The translations under genes and the position numbers were made by a program. Source: an uncultured Acidobacteriota bacterium (GTDB lineage: Bacteria; Acidobacteriota; UBA6911). Taken from it: DNA of 64,000 bases. Positions 19,493-28,931 of this stretch are shown here, piece by piece. The DNA is taken from contig CAWEJX010000007.1 in NCBI GenBank assembly GCA_963809485.1, forward strand, positions 480,001-544,000, read 5' to 3'. The notes under the pieces were generated by a model, which saw only the letters and a program-made list of their open reading frames with translations, was not told the origin of the DNA and did not search any database. Each line of letters begins with the position of its first letter. Positions within the stretch are counted from its first letter, which is position 1.

Positions 19493-20359
19493 ATGCTGGT
19501 ACTTATCACAGATCTGGATGGCACGCTCCTGGACGATGGCTATTCGTACCAGCCTGCGCTTCCGGCCCTGGAGGCGTTACAGCGCCTGCATATACCGCTG
19601 GTGCTTTGCACAAGCAAAACCTGCGCTGAAGCAAAAGCTTTCCGCCTCCGGATCGGCAACCGGGACCCGTTCATTGTCGAGAATGGCGGGGCGCTATATA
19701 TCCCTGAAAACTGCTTCCCGTTGGATCTGAATGCTCTGATTCACCGGGGCGGGCATGCTGTGATAGAGTTCGGGCAATCGTATCCGGAGCTCCTTCAATG
19801 CCTGCATCAGGCAGCGGCGGAGAGCGGATGTACCGTACGCGGTTTCCAGCAAATGACCGTTGAAGAAATCAGCCTGTCCTGCAAGATGCCCCTGGAAGCG
19901 GCCCGGCTGGCTAGGCAGCGCGAATACGACGAGCCGTTTGAAATCCTGAGCGGCGATCCCCGAAGACTGATTGCCGCGATCGAAAAGCGGAAGAAGCGCT
20001 GCACGCGCGGGGGCCGTTTTTACCATATTCTGGGAGCCAATGATAAATCGCACTGTGTAAATCTCCTGATCCACTATTATCAGAGAGCTTTCGGTCCCAT
20101 TACCACCATTGGTCTGGGGGATGGGCCGAACGATGCCGGATTCCTGAAGCTGGTCGATGTCCCTCTCGTTATGAAATCCCCTGCAAGTGAGGAGTTGTTG
20201 ACCGCTGTCCCGCATGCGCGACTATGCCCGGGCAACGGAGGACCGGCAGATTGGAATGCAGCGGTTCTGTCTGCTCTTGTCAAGCATCTGCCTGCCGAAA
20301 AGCCGGCGGCTGAAATGACAGCCTCGCGTTCGAATATGCCCAAGGCTGCCGCCGTTTAA
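19493..20359 (+). CDS. glucosyl/mannosyl-3-phosphoglycerate phosphatase (HAD IIB, GpgP/MpgP)
   Basis: TDLDGTLLD, CTSKT, FIVENGG, REYDEPF, GGRFYH, GLGDGPND. Confidence 0.9.
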   Translation: MLVLITDLDGTLLDDGYSYQPALPALEALQRLHIPLVLCTSKTCAEAKAFRLRIGNRDPFIVENGGALYIPENCFPLDLNALIHRGGHAVIEFGQSYPELLQCLHQAAAESGCTVRGFQQMTVEEISLSCKMPLEAARLARQREYDEPFEILSGDPRRLIAAIEKRKKRCTRGGRFYHILGANDKSHCVNLLIHYYQRAFGPITTIGLGDGPNDAGFLKLVDVPLVMKSPASEELLTAVPHARLCPGNGGPADWNAAVLSALVKHLPAEKPAAEMTASRSNMPKAAAV

Positions 20360-20368
20360 TGGCAAGCC

Positions 20369-21076
20369 TCACAGATGCCTCCATAGCGGCCTGTCATCCG
20401 GGCTCTCTTCATCGGTCCCCTTTCCTTCCTGAAGGTAATTGCGCACAGACTCCCGTCCGCTGAGGCCGAGAGCCAGGCTGGCGGCCAGGACGATTCCTCC
20501 TACGACCAGGATGAATGCTGCCAGGAAGACATCCCGGGCGAAATCGAGATGGTCCGCGGCGGCGACGATTCCGACAAAGGTGAAAAGAGCCCGGACAAAG
20601 GCAGCCAGCTTTCGCGGCCAGGGCATTCCTTCGTTGACCGCCCATATCAGCGTAGTCCGTCCGAAGTACCTTCCGATCCAGGTTCCTGCGACAATAATGG
20701 CTGCGGCGCCCACAAGCTTGGGAAAGAGAAGCACGGCCATTTCCGTCAAGCGCGAGGAAAGGTCCGAGTTGAAGGAGTTCAGAGCTACAAGCATTCCTGC
20801 CACAAGAATTATCCAGTACGCCGTTTTTGCCGCTACCTGGGATGTCCGCAGGCGTCCGGACCGGTCGAGGATCGACGATAGTCCGCTGCGCTTTAAAAAA
20901 CGGTCGACGCTGATTCCCTTGAAGATTTTGATGATCAGCCATCGAGCGGCCTTTGCCATAATCCAGGCGACTGCAAGTACGAAAATGGCGGCGAGCAATC
21001 CGGGCACATAGGTCAGGATCTGGGAAGAAATCCTCTCAACCGCCTGCTTTAAAATTTGTTTCAGGAGACCAAGCAT
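20369..21076 (-). CDS. CmpX-like membrane protein (TM_helix repeats, small mechanosensitive-channel associated)
   Basis: YVPGLLAAIFVLAVAW, LFPKLVGAAAIIVAG, ALGLSGRE repeats. Confidence 0.7.
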   Translation of the reverse strand: MLGLLKQILKQAVERISSQILTYVPGLLAAIFVLAVAWIMAKAARWLIIKIFKGISVDRFLKRSGLSSILDRSGRLRTSQVAAKTAYWIILVAGMLVALNSFNSDLSSRLTEMAVLLFPKLVGAAAIIVAGTWIGRYFGRTTLIWAVNEGMPWPRKLAAFVRALFTFVGIVAAADHLDFARDVFLAAFILVVGGIVLAASLALGLSGRESVRNYLQEGKGTDEESPDDRPLWRHL

Positions 21077-21080
21077 AGGC

Positions 21081-22421
21081 CTACACCTCCATACTCAGCT
21101 TTGAATCCGCCATGCTTTCCACCCGGGCGGGTCGGTATGAAACGGATTCCGTTTCGTTTCGCCAGCGCTTTATCAGCTCGGGCTTTTTCTCTTCGAAGGT
21201 CAGGCACAGGCGCTCGATCCTGTCATCCACTTCGTTGGAGCCCAGCATCCGGGTCTCGCTGACAAAGGATGCGATGCGCGCCAGATAGAGGGGCGTCAGA
21301 GACCGGAGCAGGTGTCCGCGTTCCACAGGCTGTTTCTTATAGGCCACGGCGAAGTCGAGAACGACCTGGGACCAGAGATCGTCGTCCAGGCTGAAATCCT
21401 TCGCGCCGGGATTCCGGGCCCCGATTCTGCGAATGGCTGCAAATGCCTCCGGGGAAAGCGCCGCAGACCAGATCTCGCCCAGCTCCTCGCACCCCCGCTT
21501 GAAGGCTGCGATCATCCGTTCGGTATTGACCTCGATCGGATCCAGGCCGACGCCGTAGCGGAATCCGAACAGGTCCACTTCCTGGCTGCCCGTGCTCGAC
21601 GTCCACACCGGTTCATATTCCTGCATCAGCCGGAATACGCTGCCGACAACCTGGTGCAGCATGTCGCTCAGATGGAGGCCGGGGTCCTTGGCATCGTGCA
21701 GCTTTGCGCCAAGAAAGCTTTGGCACACGCGGTAACCCTCTGCCATCGCAATTGTGGACATCCATATGTCGATGCCGAAGCGGGCGGTATCGGTTTCCCA
21801 GTCGCTCCGGGTCAGATACCGCCCGATCAGCCGCCGGGAGATTCCAAAATCGCCGCCGATCGGTTGGCGCAACCGCAGGCCATAAAGCGCCCGGGTCAAG
21901 GGGTAAACGATGCTGTTGGTGATTGTGCCGTCATACTTGTGACGGTGATAGTACGGCCCGACAAAATCAAACCCCGTGTGCAGTATGGGCCGCAGGAGCA
22001 AGTCGATCCACTCGGGTGTTATCGAGCGCAGATCCGAATCCACGACCACGCAGGCCCGGGCGTCGAGATGTTGGGCAATCTGAAAGATCAGGTGGAACGC
22101 GCTGCCCTTGCCCGGAATTCCGTGATACGGGAAGGACAGCCGGTGCACTGGGAACAGCGGTGTCGTCATCAGCAGAAGCCGTTCCTTGTCAAGGCCCGTT
22201 CCCAGCACCGCATCGCGCGTGCCGTCGGTTGAGCCGCCGTCGGAGTTGACGATCACTGCCCGGAACTGCGGAAAGTATTTCTCCAATCCGGCCTGCGCCG
22301 CCGCGATCACGTGGCCGATCGTTCGGCCGTTGTTGTAGCTGGGCACACCGATCACGATGTCCGCTCTGTCGATTCCCTCCAATGCTTTATGAGCCTCCTC
22401 GGAAAATAGCCTTTCGATCAT
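21081..22421 (-). CDS. GT2 glucosylglycerate synthase-like protein (single-step Ggs type)
   Basis: ADIVIGVPSYNN, NSDGGSTDGT, PGKGSA, DSDLRSITPEW, RHKYDGTITN, RQPIGGDF, FGIDIWM. Confidence 0.8.
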   Translation of the reverse strand: MIERLFSEEAHKALEGIDRADIVIGVPSYNNGRTIGHVIAAAQAGLEKYFPQFRAVIVNSDGGSTDGTRDAVLGTGLDKERLLLMTTPLFPVHRLSFPYHGIPGKGSAFHLIFQIAQHLDARACVVVDSDLRSITPEWIDLLLRPILHTGFDFVGPYYHRHKYDGTITNSIVYPLTRALYGLRLRQPIGGDFGISRRLIGRYLTRSDWETDTARFGIDIWMSTIAMAEGYRVCQSFLGAKLHDAKDPGLHLSDMLHQVVGSVFRLMQEYEPVWTSSTGSQEVDLFGFRYGVGLDPIEVNTERMIAAFKRGCEELGEIWSAALSPEAFAAIRRIGARNPGAKDFSLDDDLWSQVVLDFAVAYKKQPVERGHLLRSLTPLYLARIASFVSETRMLGSNEVDDRIERLCLTFEEKKPELIKRWRNETESVSYRPARVESMADSKLSMEV

Positions 22422-22431
22422 GACCGACCCA

Positions 22432-23661
22432 TCACGATGCACGTCCTTGAATGGATTCAACGCCCGGTTCCACAGCATTCAGCAAGAGGTCGAAGAAGTC
22501 GGGAATAGCCGCCTGCACGCGGTTCCAGCTGGGCATGAGGGGCAGGCCCAGCGGACTCTCGATGAATTCCTGCGCAGCCTGATGAAGGCTCTGGGCAAAG
22601 GTGGCAACGGCGAGCTCCTCCGCGTGCCGGTCGAATTCCAGGCCGTTGATCATGGCGTCCGCGCAATATCGGTCGATCGTGTCCTCCGCCATGCGAACGT
22701 AGCGCACTTCGAGGCTCCGGAAGTGGTCCTTGGTGAAGATGACTCCTTCGGCCGCAAGCGTGCGCATCAGCGACTTTGCAACTTCGCAGGACATCCTTCT
22801 CAGCCCTTTCGTGGGGTCCTCTTCGGACAGTTCCTGGTGCTTGTGTTCATAATTGTCCGCCAGATCCACCTGGCAGATGCGCGCCAGCGAGCAGTTTCGA
22901 TATACCTCGGCAAGCACGCCGACTTCCAGCCCCCAATCCCACGGGATGCGGTTTATCCGGGCCAGGTTGATCTGCATGGCGAATTCGCCCGCAAGGGGAT
23001 ATCGAAAACTGTCCACAAACCGGAGAAAAGGCGTGCTGGGCGCCATGTTTTCCATGGCGCGGATCACGGGAGTCATAAAAAGGCGCGTGACCCGGCCGTG
23101 CATACGGTCCGTGACGCGTGCGTAGTAGCCCTTGCAGAATTCGAAGCCGAGGTTCGGATGCGCGACCGGGTAGACGAGCCGGGCCAGGAGCCTTCGGTCG
23201 TAGTTCACGATATCGCAGTCGTGCAGGGCGATAACGCTGCAGTCGGCCTTCGCCAGGATGTAGCCGTAGGCGATCCAGCAGCTGCGCCCCTTTCCGTCGG
23301 CGCCTGCCGAGAGGCCCTTGTCTTCCAGCATCCGCAGCAGCGCCTGCACCGGTTCGCTGTTTATCCACAAGATGCTGACGGGGCAACGGAAATTTGTGAA
23401 AAATGCCTGTGCCTTTTCATATTCCGATGGGCCCGCCCCGCCCAGCGCGACCACGATACGGCGGAGGTAGTTCACCTGCACCAGTTCTTCAGTGATGCGC
23501 TTCATGGCAGGCGATTCAAACTCGCGGTACAGAGCGGGCAAAACCAGCGCAATGCCCCTGCGCCTGGATATTTCGTTCAGGCCCTTTTCCAGCCGGGCTG
23601 TGCCGTTTTGCTTCAAGCGATGCAGCGTCGCAACCATTCCCGTCTGATAAAAGTCGGCCAT
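22432..23661 (-). CDS. gpgS: glucosyl-3-phosphoglycerate synthase (GpgS type)
   Basis: MADFYQTG..ATLH, GKGRSCW, HDCDI, FCKGYYAR, GRVTRL, FRYPLAGEF, DWGLEVG, YEHKHQ. Confidence 0.82.
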   Translation of the reverse strand: MADFYQTGMVATLHRLKQNGTARLEKGLNEISRRRGIALVLPALYREFESPAMKRITEELVQVNYLRRIVVALGGAGPSEYEKAQAFFTNFRCPVSILWINSEPVQALLRMLEDKGLSAGADGKGRSCWIAYGYILAKADCSVIALHDCDIVNYDRRLLARLVYPVAHPNLGFEFCKGYYARVTDRMHGRVTRLFMTPVIRAMENMAPSTPFLRFVDSFRYPLAGEFAMQINLARINRIPWDWGLEVGVLAEVYRNCSLARICQVDLADNYEHKHQELSEEDPTKGLRRMSCEVAKSLMRTLAAEGVIFTKDHFRSLEVRYVRMAEDTIDRYCADAMINGLEFDRHAEELAVATFAQSLHQAAQEFIESPLGLPLMPSWNRVQAAIPDFFDLLLNAVEPGVESIQGRAS

Positions 23662-24153
23662 GGCGCACCTCCATAACGCTTGTATCAGGAAAACCTGCCG
23701 CGCGGCATCCCCGGAGAAGGGGATTATGTGGAGAAAAAGACAGTAGCTGTGGTTGGTGCTGGATTCCGGGGAAAGCGATCCTTCCTGTTTTCGGAATCCC
23801 CTGCCGACAGGGTTTATTCCGCGCGCTTTTCGCCGTAACGGATATGGCTATGGTGAAACGCCTCTCTGCGGTCGACCTGGCGATCGCGCAAAAAAACAAT
23901 CACTTCCATAGAGGACAAGAAAACATAATTCGCCCTTGGTCCGAAGCAGGCTGCCAGTTCACTTCGAAAAAAACCCTGACCAGGGACAGCCGCTCCGGAT
24001 TTTTCGACCCTATACCGGTTTGATAGGATGGATATAGTTTACCGCACTGCCCGAGCGGTCTGCATTCCTTGGAAAGGGAATCCCGCGCCCAATCGCGGAT
24101 TGCTGCCAGCTTGCGGCGGGCAGGCCGGAAATCCCCCCGAGGCTTTCCAGCTT

Positions 24154-24972
24154 TTACTCTTTCACTCCGCCTGCTGTCAGGCCGGCAACGATTCGTCTTT
24201 GAAAGACGGCTACCGCAGCAATCAGCGGCGCTGTGCTTACGACTATGCCTGCTGCCAGCAATCCCCAGGGAATCTCATAGGCGAACGCGCCGCTCAGCGT
24301 TGCAACTCCCACTGTCACCGTGCGCGAAGATTCCAGGTTCATGAAAGTCATGGCGAACATGAACTCATTCCATGAAAAAATGAATACCAGAAGAAAAGCG
24401 GTCGTTAACGCGGGAATGGCCAGAGGCATGATGATTTTGCGATACGTGTCGAAGGCCGTCAGGCCGTCGATTGCCGCCGCTTCCTCCAGTTCATACGGAA
24501 TCTGTTCCATATATCCTGTAAGCAGCCATACTGCGAAGGGGAGGTTCAATGCGGCGTAGGGAATGATGAGGCCCCAGGGCTGGTTGACCAGGCCCGCGAA
24601 GCGGACAAGTTCATATACCGGGAATACGAGCACAATAGGAGGGAAAAAGGCCAGGATCAGCAGCAAAGAGGCTATCGTGGAGCGGAAACGTCTCGGAGCT
24701 CTTGCGAGCCTGTATGCGGCAAGGGAGGCGCAGGAAGTACAAAGCAACGCCGCAAGCGCCGCGATCACAATGCTGTTGAGATAATAGGCGGCGAACGGCC
24801 GGCGCAGGAAAAGCCCGGCATAATTATCCAGCGTGAAGCTCGAAGGCAACAAGGAGGGCGGTACCTGTGCAAGCTCCAGGGAGTCTTTGACGGAGGATAT
24901 GCCGTACCACGCCAGCGGAGCTGCCGCGACTGCGCACCAGATCAAAATGAAAAGCCTAGCGACCCATTTCAT
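24154..24972 (-). CDS. carbohydrate ABC transporter permease (MalG-like)
   Basis: EAA motif IPYELEEAAAIDG, WNEF. Confidence 0.93.
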   Translation of the reverse strand: MKWVARLFILIWCAVAAAPLAWYGISSVKDSLELAQVPPSLLPSSFTLDNYAGLFLRRPFAAYYLNSIVIAALAALLCTSCASLAAYRLARAPRRFRSTIASLLLILAFFPPIVLVFPVYELVRFAGLVNQPWGLIIPYAALNLPFAVWLLTGYMEQIPYELEEAAAIDGLTAFDTYRKIIMPLAIPALTTAFLLVFIFSWNEFMFAMTFMNLESSRTVTVGVATLSGAFAYEIPWGLLAAGIVVSTAPLIAAVAVFQRRIVAGLTAGGVKE

Positions 24973-25846
24973 ATTTCCTTGGCAGCAGGGAATAAAGCGC
25001 CCAGGCAGTCAGGGCCAGTACAAGCACGATGGCCACCACAAGCGCGCCGCCGTAACCGAAATCAAGATATCGCATATAGGTATAATAGCCGTATACCGAA
25101 ACCGTCTCTGTCGCGCCGCCCGGTCCCCCCCCGGTCAGCACATAAACCAGATCAAAAACCGCAAAAGCCTGGACGATTCTGAATATCAGCGCCAGGAAAA
25201 TGAACGGCAACAGATAGGGCAGGGTAACATACCTGAATTTATGCCATGCCGTCCCTCCGTCGATCTCGATGGCCTCATACATTTCCTTTGGAATGCACTG
25301 TAGCCCGGCGAGCAGCACGATAAAGACAAAAGGGAAAGCCTTCCAGACGTCGGCCATGATTATGGTGCTCAACGCCGTCTGCGGCCTTCCCAGCCAGGCC
25401 AGCGGCGAGTCCACGATCCCGATTTTCAGGAGCACGGCATTAATAACGCCGTACTGGTCGTTGAAGATCCACATCCAGAGCACCGCTATGATTGCCGTTG
25501 GAAGAGTCCAGGGGATCAGCAGGAAAGTCCGCGCAGTCCGGCGCCCCTTTTTTATTTTTTCTACGGCCAGGGCCAGCAGCAAGCCAAGCAGGAATTCCAG
25601 AGCAACCGAAACGATCGTAAACAAAGCCGTAGTTTTGAGCGAGCTGTGAAAGCGCGAATCTGCGAGGAGCCGGGCGAAATTTCCCAGTCCGGCGAAATGC
25701 GCCTGGAATCCGGTCTCCAGATTGAGATTCAGAAAACTGAGAATCAACGTCCGGAGGATCGGATAAACAAAGATAAGCAGCACCAGTGCGGCTGCAGGTG
25801 TGAACCAGAGGATTTCACGCATTCTTTTGGATACGAGGATGCTCAT
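24956..25846 (-). CDS. carbohydrate ABC transporter permease (MalF-like)
   Basis: ADVWKAFPF, LAGLQCIPKEMYEAIEIDG, TGGGPG. Confidence 0.93.
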   Translation of the reverse strand: MSILVSKRMREILWFTPAAALVLLIFVYPILRTLILSFLNLNLETGFQAHFAGLGNFARLLADSRFHSSLKTTALFTIVSVALEFLLGLLLALAVEKIKKGRRTARTFLLIPWTLPTAIIAVLWMWIFNDQYGVINAVLLKIGIVDSPLAWLGRPQTALSTIIMADVWKAFPFVFIVLLAGLQCIPKEMYEAIEIDGGTAWHKFRYVTLPYLLPFIFLALIFRIVQAFAVFDLVYVLTGGGPGGATETVSVYGYYTYMRYLDFGYGGALVVAIVLVLALTAWALYSLLPRKYEMGR

Positions 25847-25861
25847 GGTGGTTCCCGTACA

Positions 25862-27076
25862 TCACCCTTTCAGAAGAGCGCGAGTCTCCCGCGCCGCTTC
25901 CCTCAGCGCGTCCTCACACGGGATGCGTCCGGTCAGTGCGGCGCTTAACCATCGCTGGAGTATATCCGAAGCCTGCGCGTATTCCGGAATAGAAGGCCGG
26001 GAACGCGCCTTTTCGAAAACAGGCAATAGCTCCGCGGGCACCAGGCTTCTCCGCGAAGGGATTCGGCCCACTTTCTGCTGCACGCGTGTCAACTGCCCGG
26101 AACGAGTCATGTATATCAGGAATTCCCATGCCTTTGCCGGATCCGGGCAAAATCCGGAGATGGCAAATCCCCATCCCCCGAGTGTCGCAGCGCCCGAGTG
26201 TCCCGGCTGATGCACCATGGACGTGAATGCGGTTTTGTCCTTCACCGGCGCGTTACTGCGCTGCATCAGGGACCATACATAAGGCCAGTTGCGAAGAAAC
26301 ACCGCGCGCCCGCTCTGGAACAAAATCCGCGTATCTTCTTCGATATAGCTCGTCACGGCCGGTGGAGATATGGTGCCGATGGTATCCTTTAAAAAATTCA
26401 ATGCCTGGAGCGCCTCCCGCCCGTCTACATAAACCTGCCTTGTCTCCGGATCAATCCAGTCTCCGCCGAACCCCCAGAGAACCTCGAGAAACACGGTGAC
26501 CAGGCCCTCATATTGCTTCCCCTGCCAGAGAAAACCCCAGCGCTCCCTGGTCTGGAGTTCGCGCGACCGCTGAACCAGCTCATCGAAAGTCTGCGGCGGC
26601 TCGGGCAGCAGATCCTTCCGATAGTAAAGCAGGCCTGCATCGGTGAACGCCGGGATGCGGTAAAGACTCCCTTTATAGGACCCCGCTTCGAGTTCCGCGG
26701 GGAGAAAATCCTTGAGGTCTTCCGCTGAGAGACAGCCGGTTAAATCACGGAGCCATCCCGCTGCCGCGAACTTCGCGATCCAGATTGCGTCGCAATAGAC
26801 GATGTCAAAGGCAGATTTCCCGGACAGAAAAGAGGTCGAATAGAGATCTTCCCGCGCATTGGTTGCGGGAGGACCTTCTACCAGGCGCACGCGGGTTCCC
26901 GGATTCAGGCTGTTGAATTCCGTGACAAGCTCGCGCCAGATGCCTGTCCCGTCGGGTTCCATCAAAATCGAAAGCTCCCCGCTAAGGCGTGACGGAGCCA
27001 TCCTCAGGCTGAGGATGATCAATATCGCTATTGCAAGCGCGGCGAAGGCTTTCGCCAGTATCTTTGTCAAAGACAT
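25862..27076 (-). CDS. sugar ABC transporter substrate-binding protein (trehalose/maltose-like)
   Basis: N-terminal hydrophobic anchor, DAGLLYYRKDLL, QGKQYEGL, FLRNWPY, TLGGW. Confidence 0.88.
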   Translation of the reverse strand: MSLTKILAKAFAALAIAILIILSLRMAPSRLSGELSILMEPDGTGIWRELVTEFNSLNPGTRVRLVEGPPATNAREDLYSTSFLSGKSAFDIVYCDAIWIAKFAAAGWLRDLTGCLSAEDLKDFLPAELEAGSYKGSLYRIPAFTDAGLLYYRKDLLPEPPQTFDELVQRSRELQTRERWGFLWQGKQYEGLVTVFLEVLWGFGGDWIDPETRQVYVDGREALQALNFLKDTIGTISPPAVTSYIEEDTRILFQSGRAVFLRNWPYVWSLMQRSNAPVKDKTAFTSMVHQPGHSGAATLGGWGFAISGFCPDPAKAWEFLIYMTRSGQLTRVQQKVGRIPSRRSLVPAELLPVFEKARSRPSIPEYAQASDILQRWLSAALTGRIPCEDALREAARETRALLKG

Positions 27077-28070
27077 GGATGTCCTTAGGTTCGATGTGCA
27101 GCGGTATCGAGTCTGAGGGCGGCCGCTCATCCGAGAGAACCATCAGGGAGACTTCCCCAATTCTTGTATGCACCAGGAATCGAGCGCCGAGGTTTTCGGC
27201 CCAGACGACTTTCGCCGGAATTCCTGTACCTGTTTTGATCGCTTCCGGACGAATACCGATCTTCACGGGTCCGGAGAAATCGAGCCCTGTTTGAATTTCA
27301 TCAGACCCGACGCGAAAAGTGCCCGCTTTTAAAATGACGTCCAGCAGGTTCATTGCCGGCGACCCGATGAATGAGGCTACGAAGAGGTTTTTCGGCATCC
27401 GGTACAGAGCTTCGGGGCTGCTGATCTGCTGGACTTGCCCCCGATCCAAAACGACGGTCCGGTCCGCCAGAGTGGTGGCTTCCACCTGATCGTGTGTGAC
27501 GTAGATTACCGTGGCCTTGAGACGCGAAAAAAGCTCCTTGAGCTCATGACGGACCTTTTCGCGCAAAATCGCGTCGAGGTTGCTAAGCGGTTCATCGAAA
27601 AGAAAAACCTTTGGTTTGCGGATCAATGCCCTTCCCAGGGCGACGCGCTGCCTCTGACCGCCGCTCAACTCGCGCGGTCTCTTCTCGAGCAGGTCTTCGA
27701 TCTCCAGCATCCGGGCGGTCTCGTGTATGCGACGATCGATTTCGGCGCGGGGAGCCTTTTTGAGGACCAGGTTGAGCGCAAGGTTTTCATAGCAGCTCAT
27801 GTGCGGATAAAGAGCATAGGACTGAAAAACCATCGCCACATCGCGCGAACGGGCAGGGATTTCGTTGACCCGCCTGTTTCCTATCCAGATCTCCCCTTCG
27901 GACGGCTGATCGAGACCCGCAATGATGCGGAGAAGTGTCGATTTGCCGCATCCCGAAGGCCCGAGCACCGTCAGTACCTCCTGGTCCCGGATTTCGAAGG
28001 AGACCTCTCTCAGAGCATAAATGCTTCCGGAGAAACGCTTTGAAACGCTCATGCAACGCACAGAAGCCAT
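26982..28070 (-). CDS. sugar ABC transporter ATP-binding protein (MalK-like)
   Basis: GPSGCGKST, VFQSYALYPH, LSGGQRQR, DEPLSNLD, FIGSPAMN. Confidence 0.96.
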   Translation of the reverse strand: MASVRCMSVSKRFSGSIYALREVSFEIRDQEVLTVLGPSGCGKSTLLRIIAGLDQPSEGEIWIGNRRVNEIPARSRDVAMVFQSYALYPHMSCYENLALNLVLKKAPRAEIDRRIHETARMLEIEDLLEKRPRELSGGQRQRVALGRALIRKPKVFLFDEPLSNLDAILREKVRHELKELFSRLKATVIYVTHDQVEATTLADRTVVLDRGQVQQISSPEALYRMPKNLFVASFIGSPAMNLLDVILKAGTFRVGSDEIQTGLDFSGPVKIGIRPEAIKTGTGIPAKVVWAENLGARFLVHTRIGEVSLMVLSDERPPSDSIPLHIEPKDIHVFDKDTGESLRRACNSDIDHPQPEDGSVTP

Positions 28071-28239
28071 AGTGCCCCTATTGGAACCGCCGCACGCCGC
28101 CGGCTGCTTTGCTCATTGGGCGGGCGGATGGATGCAATGCGCGGGCAACGTGAACCTCCCGGATCCGCCCCAATGGAAGTCGCCGGGATAAAGCGCGCTA
28201 ACGATGCGGTATATTCTGTCCCTTTGCATCGTTTTCGAA

Positions 28240-28497
28240 TAATTACATTGGTAAACCCCCGGCTCTGCCGAGGGACTCAAAGAGTTTGACCGCTCCGTAT
28301 TTTGAAACGCTGAGAAACGCTGATAAAAGGGCTGACAAACGCCGATTTATTCGGCGAGGGTCGGCGAGCAAAAGCCGATGAGGCGCTTCATCGGCTTTTG
28401 CCCGTATAAGTCAGCGTTCAAGACCGGCGTAACTAGTCCAACCGCTTTGAGCGGTTCCAATCTTTCAAGCCTCCGGCTTTGCCGGAGGTACCTGACT
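28240..28497 (+). mobile_element. non-autonomous IS200/IS605-ended element, copy 3
   Basis: Same ends as the other copies; slightly longer interior; right end abuts the acpS stop codon. Confidence 0.8.
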
Positions 28498-28875
28498 TCA
28501 CGACTCCAGGATGACCGTGGCTACTGCCCACTGCTCCGTGTGCGAAAGGCTGAGGTGCACTTTGCCGGCTCCCTTGCTCAGGCTGAGCCTTTCGGCTTCA
28601 CCGTGAAGCAGCATGGTAGGGGCGCCCTGCCTTTCCCTGTGAACCTCCACATCCAGCCAGGTCACTCCCTGGGCCCAGCCCGTCCCCAGCGCTTTGAAAA
28701 GCGCTTCTTTTGCGGCGAAACGCGCAGCAAAGTGAGGCACCGGGTCGCGGTGGCCCGAGCAGAACTGCTGTTCCCCGGGCGTGAAGACCCTTCCGATGAA
28801 ACGGTCCTTCAGCCGGTCCATGACTTTTCGAAGACGGGCAATTTCGACGATATCCACACCGGTGCCGATGATCAT
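28498..28875 (-). CDS. acpS: holo-[acyl-carrier-protein] synthase
   Basis: GTGVDIVEI, FAARFAAKEA..KALGTG, LSLSH. Confidence 0.96.
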   Translation of the reverse strand: MIIGTGVDIVEIARLRKVMDRLKDRFIGRVFTPGEQQFCSGHRDPVPHFAARFAAKEALFKALGTGWAQGVTWLDVEVHRERQGAPTMLLHGEAERLSLSKGAGKVHLSLSHTEQWAVATVILES

Positions 28876-28931
28876 CAATAACTCCGATAGCGGGTTGACA
28901 GAGTGCGACAAAACGACTCAATATTCCGGAT

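Noticed and set aside
23940-23960. Sigma54 promoter upstream of gpgS (TGGCAG...)
   Set aside because: The -12 GC dinucleotide is not at the required spacing.
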